Assembly: GCA_043826565.1 (NCBI GenBank)
Contig: JBDRPX010000028.1
Coordinates: forward strand, 16,607 to 80,606
Direction: 5' to 3'
DNA: 64,000 nt
Source: Candidatus Omnitrophota bacterium
Lineage (GTDB): Bacteria > Omnitrophota > Gorgyraeia > B26-G9
The stretch's first letter is position 1, and the number at the start of each line of letters is the position of its first letter. Below the pieces are notes generated by a model. It made no database searches, was not told where the DNA came from, and was given only the letters and a program-made list of their open reading frames with translations. Both the position numbers and the translations under genes were made by a program. Shown here in pieces: positions 57,471-64,000 of this stretch.

Positions 57471-59165
57471 ATGCAAAAATCCCATAAAATCATAACTATT
57501 TTATTTTGCTCTCTACTTGTAGCCAGCGGGTATCTTTTACTGCGGTTTATGATCACAGTCAATTATGTGGGCGAACTCAAAGACAATTATACTGTTTTAT
57601 CGGGAGAAAAAAATGTCCTGAAAAAACAGCTTGAGGCAGAAAAAGAGATTAACGTCGTGCGGGTGAAGAAATTAGAAAATGAGATTGCCGGCTTAAGTAA
57701 TGTTAAAAATATTCAGGATAATCTTGCTCTGACCCAGGAGAAACTTTCCAGTGTTGATAAAGACTTCAAACAAATTAGTCAGGAAAAAAAGCAATTAGAA
57801 CAAACAACCCTGAATTTAAATAACCGCATTAGTAATCTGACCAAGGAATTCACCAAGACTTTAGATCAATTGAAAGCCGTGAGGGAGGAATTGGTAAAAG
57901 CGCAGAGCGGAAGTGCTATGCGAAAGTATGAGAAAGAAATTGAAGGATTAAATGCGCAGCTTGAGCAAAAGGCCGAGCAGATCGTAAAACTGAATAATGA
58001 AATCAAAAAAATAAATGATGAAGTGGTAAATCTGAAGAAAGACGGCACAGAAGCTCACGGTCAAAACAAGGTTTTGGAAAATCAAATTACCCGGCTGGAG
58101 AAAAAAAAGCAAGAACTCCAGTTGAGATACACCAATCTTGAGGAAAGGATGTCCAAGAAGAAAGACCCTACCCTCGGATTAGGAGAGAAGCTGAACAAGC
58201 TTAAGGCGGAACTTTCCGAGAAAGAGAAACAGTTAGCAGAATTAGAAAAGAAAAATTCCCAGGAAGTCGAATATCTGAAAAAAAATCTGGAAATGGCCAG
58301 AGCGGAAAAAGAAACTCTGCAGGCAAATCTTAATAGAGCCGAAGACCGGCTCCGGGAAAAAGATAAATTTGCAGATGAGCTTGAAGAGAAGCTTAAGCGT
58401 TTTGATAAACAGCTTACCCAGCGGGAAGATGAAAGAGATGCTTTAGAAAAAGAAATTGCTCAGCTGAGAAAGACAAAAGTTGAAGTGACCGGAACTCTGC
58501 CGAGAGAAATGGTGCAGTACCAGGAAGAAGGAGCCTTAGATGCCCATGATATGGGTACGATGCAGGAAAAACTGAATAAGGTGTATGCTCTTTATGATAC
58601 CGCTAAGGCGCAAGTAGTTAAGTTCTCGGAACTTCTTATGCAAAAAGAATTGGAGATAGAGAAATCAAAGCAAAGAATTGTTGGTTTAGAGCAGGAGTTA
58701 AGTATGATTAAGGGCGGCGCGGCTTTCTCGGGAACCGGAGAAACTTCCGGTCAGATCGCGGATCTTGTCCAGGTCAAAGCTAAACTTGAGACGCAGTTAC
58801 AATACGAAAAGCAAAAGTATGAAGATATGAATTCTCTATATATTAATTTAAAGAGCCAGGTGGTCCAGGTTACGACACTTCTGACGCGGCGCGAATCCGA
58901 ATTAGATGATAAGAATGAAGAAATCGCAAACTTAAAAAGGGAAATGTTAAGGGTCCAGCAGGAGTATTCCATGGCCCAGCGGGAACTTAAAGATGTTGCA
59001 GAACGTCAGAAGAGAACCTTAGAGGATCTCTCGCGGTCGACGCGCCTGAATTCGACTTTGCAGGAAAACCTTTCATATCGTACAATAACAGCCGAAGATA
59101 GCAAAAAAAGCCATGAAGAAGCGGAGAGATTAAAAAAGGAAATTGAAGTCTTATTAGGTAAATAA
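57471..59165 (+). CDS. Membrane-anchored long coiled-coil protein
   Basis: N-terminal TM, then heptad-rich sequence throughout. Confidence 0.75.
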   Translation: MQKSHKIITILFCSLLVASGYLLLRFMITVNYVGELKDNYTVLSGEKNVLKKQLEAEKEINVVRVKKLENEIAGLSNVKNIQDNLALTQEKLSSVDKDFKQISQEKKQLEQTTLNLNNRISNLTKEFTKTLDQLKAVREELVKAQSGSAMRKYEKEIEGLNAQLEQKAEQIVKLNNEIKKINDEVVNLKKDGTEAHGQNKVLENQITRLEKKKQELQLRYTNLEERMSKKKDPTLGLGEKLNKLKAELSEKEKQLAELEKKNSQEVEYLKKNLEMARAEKETLQANLNRAEDRLREKDKFADELEEKLKRFDKQLTQREDERDALEKEIAQLRKTKVEVTGTLPREMVQYQEEGALDAHDMGTMQEKLNKVYALYDTAKAQVVKFSELLMQKELEIEKSKQRIVGLEQELSMIKGGAAFSGTGETSGQIADLVQVKAKLETQLQYEKQKYEDMNSLYINLKSQVVQVTTLLTRRESELDDKNEEIANLKREMLRVQQEYSMAQRELKDVAERQKRTLEDLSRSTRLNSTLQENLSYRTITAEDSKKSHEEAERLKKEIEVLLGK

Positions 59166-59239
59166 ATAATGATTACATCGATTGAATACAGATTACACAG
59201 ATTAAATATAAGTTTATCGAATAGAGTTATGGTGATGGA

Positions 59240-60139
59240 ATGATCAGGAAAGTTAAGAAATATATTACTGTTACGATGATGGTATCTATCCTTTCTGCGG
59301 GGGGAATTTGTCCGGCACAAGATTTTAAAATGGAAGCTGACGCGCATTACCAAAAGGGGTTGATTTTATATCATCAAGGCAAATATGATCAAGCCCAGGA
59401 AGAATTTAGCCAAGCCAAAGAATTGCTTAAAAAAAACGAAGCCGAAAAGCCGGCTGTTTTAGAAAAAAAAACAGAAGTGATTAAAAAACAGACGAAAGTG
59501 ATCGAACTTAAGGCAGAAGATAAAAAAGAAGATACTGTGCCTAAAAAGAAACCGGTTATTGAATATACTATCGGAGCGGGTGATGAGCTGGTTGTTTCGG
59601 TATGGGAAAACGCGGATCTTGATAGAGAAACGATTGTGCGTCCGGATGGTAAGATATCTTTTGCGCTTATTGGAGATATGAAAGCTGCCGGGCTTACGAT
59701 TGAACAGTTTAAGAATAATTTAACCGAAGCTCTTCAAGAATATATCCGTTATCCTCAGGTATCTGTTTACATAAAAAAAATGGGTGGGGAAAAAGTCATT
59801 GTTTTAGGAGAAGTGCATGACCCGGGAGTGTATGAGGTTACCGGCCGCAGGACGATTTTAGAAGCTATCGGCATGGCCGGGGGATTTACCAAAGAAGCGG
59901 TGCTGAAAAGTGTGATTTTGGTCAAAGGCGGTGTGGATCAGCCTGTGCCCAAAAAGCTTAATCTTACCCGGGCTTTGTATAAAGGTGAAAGTATTGAGAA
60001 TGTCGTTCTTGAATCTGAAGATATCGTTTATGTGCCGAGTAAGGTTATTTCCGACGTAAGCTATTTCCTTAAAACAATTCTTGATCCGATCACATCCAGT
60101 ATTTATATAAATAAAGAAGTTCGTACTTGGGGAGAGTAA
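59240..60139 (+). CDS. Polysaccharide export (Wza/OPX-like) protein with N-terminal TPR and SLBB domain
   Basis: YTIGAGDEL.VSVW, VRPDGKIS..LIG, VLGEV..PG.Y, AI.MAGGF, DIVYVP. Confidence 0.85.
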   Translation: MIRKVKKYITVTMMVSILSAGGICPAQDFKMEADAHYQKGLILYHQGKYDQAQEEFSQAKELLKKNEAEKPAVLEKKTEVIKKQTKVIELKAEDKKEDTVPKKKPVIEYTIGAGDELVVSVWENADLDRETIVRPDGKISFALIGDMKAAGLTIEQFKNNLTEALQEYIRYPQVSVYIKKMGGEKVIVLGEVHDPGVYEVTGRRTILEAIGMAGGFTKEAVLKSVILVKGGVDQPVPKKLNLTRALYKGESIENVVLESEDIVYVPSKVISDVSYFLKTILDPITSSIYINKEVRTWGE

Positions 60140-60141
60140 TA

Positions 60142-61446
60142 ATGGAAGATGTGAAGTTAGTAACTAAAAATATTAAATCATTTGCTTCAAATAAAGAAAT
60201 TGAATCTGTATTTCGTCCGATGAAATTAATTCACCATGCCCTTATGAAAAAGCAGTGTCCGGGCAATGACTACTTAGGCTGGCTGGATTTGCCTTCTAAA
60301 TTACCGGCAGCGCTGATCAAGGATATCGAGCAAACCGCAAAAAAGATAAGAAAACAGGCCGATGCTTTTGTCTGCCTGGGGATTGGCGGGTCATATCTGG
60401 GAGCTAAAGCGGCTATAGAATTTTTAAAACCGACATTTGCTAATGAACTGAATACGGAAAAACCGAAGATTTATTTTGCCGGACATAATTTAAGTGCGGA
60501 TTATCTCGCGGATCTATTTAGCGTATTAAAGAACAAAAAGATCGTGGTTAATGTAATATCAAAATCAGGCACAACTACTGAGACTGCGGTAGTATTCAGG
60601 ATCATTAAGCAGTATATGGAAAAGCTCTATGGTAAAAAGAAATTAAAAGACAGGATTATTTGCACGACGGACCAATCAAAGGGAGCTTTACTTAAATTAG
60701 CCAAGGATGAAGGATTTAAAACTTTTGTGATTCCGGATGATGTGGGCGGCAGGTTTTCTGTGCTTACTCCGGTGGGGCTTTTACCGATTGCTGTAGCCGG
60801 GATCAATATTCGCGAGCTTTTAAAAGGTGCGGCTGATTTTGAAAAAAAATGCAATAGTTTAACCTTGCGCAATAATCCGGCATATCAATACGCGGCGATA
60901 AGACATATTCTTTATAAAAAAGGAAAAGTTATTGAGATATTATCATCTTTCCATCCAGCGCTTCATTATATCTCGGAATGGTGGAAACAGCTTTTTGGCG
61001 AAAGTGAAGGCAAGGATAATAAGGGGGTTTTTCCGGCATCATGTGATTTTACTACAGATCTGCATTCTTTAGGGCAGATAATTCAGGAAGGACAACGTAA
61101 TATATTTGAAACATTTATGGTCATAAATAAAACTTCGGCAAAATGCAGTATTCCCAAAGACAAAGAAAATCTGGACGGTTTAAACTATTTGGCGGGTAAG
61201 GATATTGAATTTGTCAATCGTAAGGCTTATGAGGCCACTGCCAGTGCGCATTATGACGGAGAAGTGCCGAATATGACCATTGAAATACCTTCACGTAATG
61301 CCTATTCTCTGGGGCAATTATTTTATTTATTCGAAAAGGCGATCGCGATGTCCGGATTACTTAGCGGCGTGAATCCGTTTAACCAGCCGGGCGTAGAAGC
61401 TTATAAAAAGAAAATGTTTAAGCTGCTGGGCAAACCGGGAACATAA
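60142..61446 (+). CDS. pgi: Glucose-6-phosphate isomerase
   Basis: GIGGSYLG, SKSGTTTE, VGGRFSVL, QLFGESEGK, FNQPGVEAYK. Confidence 0.96.
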   Translation: MEDVKLVTKNIKSFASNKEIESVFRPMKLIHHALMKKQCPGNDYLGWLDLPSKLPAALIKDIEQTAKKIRKQADAFVCLGIGGSYLGAKAAIEFLKPTFANELNTEKPKIYFAGHNLSADYLADLFSVLKNKKIVVNVISKSGTTTETAVVFRIIKQYMEKLYGKKKLKDRIICTTDQSKGALLKLAKDEGFKTFVIPDDVGGRFSVLTPVGLLPIAVAGINIRELLKGAADFEKKCNSLTLRNNPAYQYAAIRHILYKKGKVIEILSSFHPALHYISEWWKQLFGESEGKDNKGVFPASCDFTTDLHSLGQIIQEGQRNIFETFMVINKTSAKCSIPKDKENLDGLNYLAGKDIEFVNRKAYEATASAHYDGEVPNMTIEIPSRNAYSLGQLFYLFEKAIAMSGLLSGVNPFNQPGVEAYKKKMFKLLGKPGT

Positions 61447-61510
61447 TAATAGGACATCCTGAGAGGTTCCACGAACAAAGTGAAGTGCAACCGGGAGTGT
61501 AATAGGAAAC

Positions 61511-61657
61511 TTGGCTTATAGCTTATGGTTAATAGCTGATGGGAAAAACAGATACAAGATAAAAGTCACAAGTCTCAAGTTACAAGTCGCAAGAAAAAAT
61601 AAAACTATGCCGAAGTTCGGTTTATTACTATTCTCAATTTTCAATACTCAATATTCA
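61511..61657. repeat. Cluster of three different heptamer tracts after pgi
   Basis: ATAGCTT-type 61511-61542; ACAAGTC-type 61561-61595; ATnnTCA-type 61630-61657. Confidence 0.75.
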
Positions 61658-61680
61658 GTAATAAAATAAATAAAAAACTT

Positions 61681-61863
61681 ATGGATTGTAAAAAGTGTAA
61701 AAAATCATTGGCCCAGTTTCTGGACGAGCAATTGGCCAAATCACAGCAGCGATCCATGGAAAAACATCTTAAGAGCTGCCCCAAGTGCGCGGATAATCTC
61801 AAATCTCTGCAAAAAATGATCTCGATCATGCGTACCATGAACAGTGAAAAATCCCCTGAATAA
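61681..61863 (+). CDS. Stand-alone zinc-binding anti-sigma (zf-HC2/ZAS) domain, possibly a remnant
   Basis: MDC...L..FLD..L.......HL.SC..C motif; no TM or C-terminal domain. Confidence 0.6.
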   Translation: MDCKKCKKSLAQFLDEQLAKSQQRSMEKHLKSCPKCADNLKSLQKMISIMRTMNSEKSPE

Positions 61864-61982
61864 AAATATGCATTTTGTTAGAAGATATCCTGTCTTTACC
61901 GGCGAATAGCCGTCCGGATAAACCGAGGAGCATTTTTAATCATAACATGTTTATTTATAGCTGGTTCTGGCTATGGATTTAT

Positions 61983-62011
61983 TTGCAAAAACCCCGTCAA
62001 TATGGTATACT
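61983..62011 (+). promoter_or_regulatory. Sigma70-type promoter for the terminal ORF
   Basis: TTGCAA - 17 bp - TG.TATACT. Confidence 0.6.
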
Positions 62012-62094
62012 TTAAAACCTTTTCTAATTCATGAAAACTTATTGTAACATGTTTAAGATGTTTAAGTTAGTTAAATAATAATTAAATTAAAATT

Positions 62095-64000
62095 ATGAAA
62101 ATATATAAAAAAATAAACCACATAATAATAATTTTGCTGGTGCAGGCACTGGTGATAGGCAGCATTGCTTTCGCGGCCCCGGAAATCATTGATGTGCCGC
62201 GCCGGACACAGGTTAATCTGGCGCCTTCCTTAGGAATTAGCAATTCGGGTTTCCAAAGAGCGTTTACTGATAAAAGCGGAAATAATTCACAACGGCTTCC
62301 CCTGAATAATGTTAAAAAAGTCGGGGCAAAGGTGGAGAAATTAAGGGGGAAAACTGAAGTTCTGGTTAAGCGTATAGTTGAAGCTGTTCTGCGTAAACTG
62401 CCGGATGGATATGTCGCGAAATTTTTATATTGGCAGATGCTGGTTGCCAGAAAATTAAGAGATGTGCATTTCAAAGGTTTTTTAGAGGAGATCTCTTTTA
62501 AAAGGATAAGCCGGTGGTTTAATTATCAGGGTGAACTTTCCCGGGAATTAGCCGGGGAAAAGATCATCTGGATTAATGGGATCGATGTTGGAGAGTGGAA
62601 TATCGCCGAATCATTAGTACGTGACCTGCAAAAAAAATATCCCGGACATAAACTAGTACTCTCTTCTCCTTATAAGATGGGTGTTGAATACGCTAAAAAT
62701 AAATTTCCCGGAGTTAAGGTAGTGTATACTTCTTACGGAATGCCGGTACTTAGGCCGGGTTTTTTTAAAAGCATTAATGTGGAATTGTTCATCATGATCG
62801 AAGGCCCCGGGCGTTCTGTTCCGGAATGGTTTAAAGCGATTAAACAAAAAGGCGGAAAGGTTATTGTGGTCAACGGACTGGCGCATTCTTTTATTGATAG
62901 AGTTTCCTATCGGGCATATCCGGATGAATTGTTTGGCAATATTGATGTACTTCTTGTGCGGGATCAGGCAGAACTTCAACAGATTCGCAACGATGGGTTA
63001 CCGGTTTCCCAGGTACAAGTAGCCGGAGATATAAAATTTGATACTTCTTCAATAACGGTTTCTGAGAGTCAACAGGAACAATTAAGGAATCTTTTGGGAA
63101 TAAATAACAATACTCCGGTTTTATTAGCCGGCAGTACCTGGCCGGGAGAACCGGAAATAATAATCCGGGCTTATGAAAAATTGAAACAGAAATATCCGGA
63201 TTTAGTTTTAATTCTCGCGCCCCGGCGGATGGATACAGTGGAGGAAACAATGGCGGCAGTGCCGAAGCGGTTTAGATGCCTCAGAAAAACAGAATTAGCC
63301 GCGGATCGTTCTTTTAGTTCTCCGTCGCCGGATATTGTGGTTCTGGATACGGTAGGGGAATTGCGTCAGTTTTACAGTATTTGTTCAGTAGCGATTATCG
63401 GGAATAGTTTTGGAAAGCAGCATGGAGGGCATAATCCCTTAGAACCGGCTAACTTTGCTAAACCGGTGGTTTTCGGCCCGAACATGGAACATTTTGCGAC
63501 AATGACCAGTTTGATGTTTAAAAGAAATGCGGCCATACAGGTAGCGGACGAAACAGAGTTATATGCCGCGTTAGAACGTTTATTTTCCGACAGCCGCCTG
63601 CGTGTTGAATATGGTAATGCCGCGCATCAGGTACTTCAGGAAAACCGCGGAGCAGTAGAGCGGACAATGCAGGTAATAGACGGCTTATTGAATCCGGAAC
63701 AAGTTCAGGATGTTGCGGGTGTGGAGGGTATAAGGCAGAGAGATAAATATGATTATGATGATATTTCTGCGTTGTACGGTAAGGTTTATGAGCGGAGGAA
63801 GCTGCAGGGAAATATGGGGTGGCTGATCAATCATATCCGCCGGGGTGCGGCAATAGTAGAAAATGTCGCGGATAGAATGGGGCTGAGTAAGAAAGATAAA
63901 GCAATAGTGCTTAATGCTTTTTTTATGCATGATCTGGGAAAACTATATAGTGAAGATTTATGGGCGATTGTTTCTTCGAATGAAATATATCCCCGAAAGG
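62095..64000 (+). CDS. Partial ORF (>635 aa, absent from the ORF track): signal peptide, KdtA/WaaA-like glycosyltransferase domain, start of an HD domain
   Basis: Own translation, no stop to window end: MKIYKKINHIIIILLVQALVIGSIAFA; IWINGIDVGE, GDIKFD, AGSTWPGE, LDTVGEL, GGHNPLEP, FGPNMEHF; then NHIRRG...MHDLGK. Confidence 0.85.
   Translation, partial: MKIYKKINHIIIILLVQALVIGSIAFAAPEIIDVPRRTQVNLAPSLGISNSGFQRAFTDKSGNNSQRLPLNNVKKVGAKVEKLRGKTEVLVKRIVEAVLRKLPDGYVAKFLYWQMLVARKLRDVHFKGFLEEISFKRISRWFNYQGELSRELAGEKIIWINGIDVGEWNIAESLVRDLQKKYPGHKLVLSSPYKMGVEYAKNKFPGVKVVYTSYGMPVLRPGFFKSINVELFIMIEGPGRSVPEWFKAIKQKGGKVIVVNGLAHSFIDRVSYRAYPDELFGNIDVLLVRDQAELQQIRNDGLPVSQVQVAGDIKFDTSSITVSESQQEQLRNLLGINNNTPVLLAGSTWPGEPEIIIRAYEKLKQKYPDLVLILAPRRMDTVEETMAAVPKRFRCLRKTELAADRSFSSPSPDIVVLDTVGELRQFYSICSVAIIGNSFGKQHGGHNPLEPANFAKPVVFGPNMEHFATMTSLMFKRNAAIQVADETELYAALERLFSDSRLRVEYGNAAHQVLQENRGAVERTMQVIDGLLNPEQVQDVAGVEGIRQRDKYDYDDISALYGKVYERRKLQGNMGWLINHIRRGAAIVENVADRMGLSKKDKAIVLNAFFMHDLGKLYSEDLWAIVSSNEIYPRK

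Noticed and set aside
50481-59165. Coiled-coil proteins as SMC/chromosome-segregation ATPases
   Set aside because: No Walker motifs or hinge; they carry signal peptides or TM anchors.

Overview
AT-rich bacterial chromosomal window, almost entirely + strand, from a diderm (KdtA-like and lipid A-type acyltransferase domains, secretins). The gene repertoire suggests the PVC superphylum, possibly Omnitrophota (inference). 1-17 kb is a tightly coupled secreted-protein operon: a putative tip subunit, major pilin-like subunit and chaperone-like protein, a 2498-aa FlgD-Ig/Ig repeat protein, a TolB-like propeller, an FlgD lipoprotein, a signal-peptide-bearing Rhs toxin and candidate immunity genes. 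17-29 kb is accessory (thioredoxin-CcdA-like protein, Fe3+-type ABC transporter, exported ChrB-C, TPR protein, hydrolase, AbiE toxin-antitoxin). 29-46 kb holds two REC-HD-GYP paralogues, a four-helix-bundle gene, mtnP, a truncated IS3-family element, glycolipid genes, pcm, priA, fmt, two galT and gap. 46-61 kb is a MerR-like/ExeA/two-secretin/coiled-coil-TPR cluster followed by a Wza-like gene and pgi. A signal-peptide KdtA-like/HD fusion ORF runs off the right end. Best candidates for undescribed systems: (i) a donor-strand-type filament linked to a Sec-exported Rhs toxin, and (ii) a family of 7-nt-periodic repeat elements that frame the four-helix-bundle gene, occur as gene-less copies and appear in-frame inside the Rhs gene. 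No rRNA, tRNA or CRISPR array was recognised. All family calls come from motif recognition by eye, not database searches.
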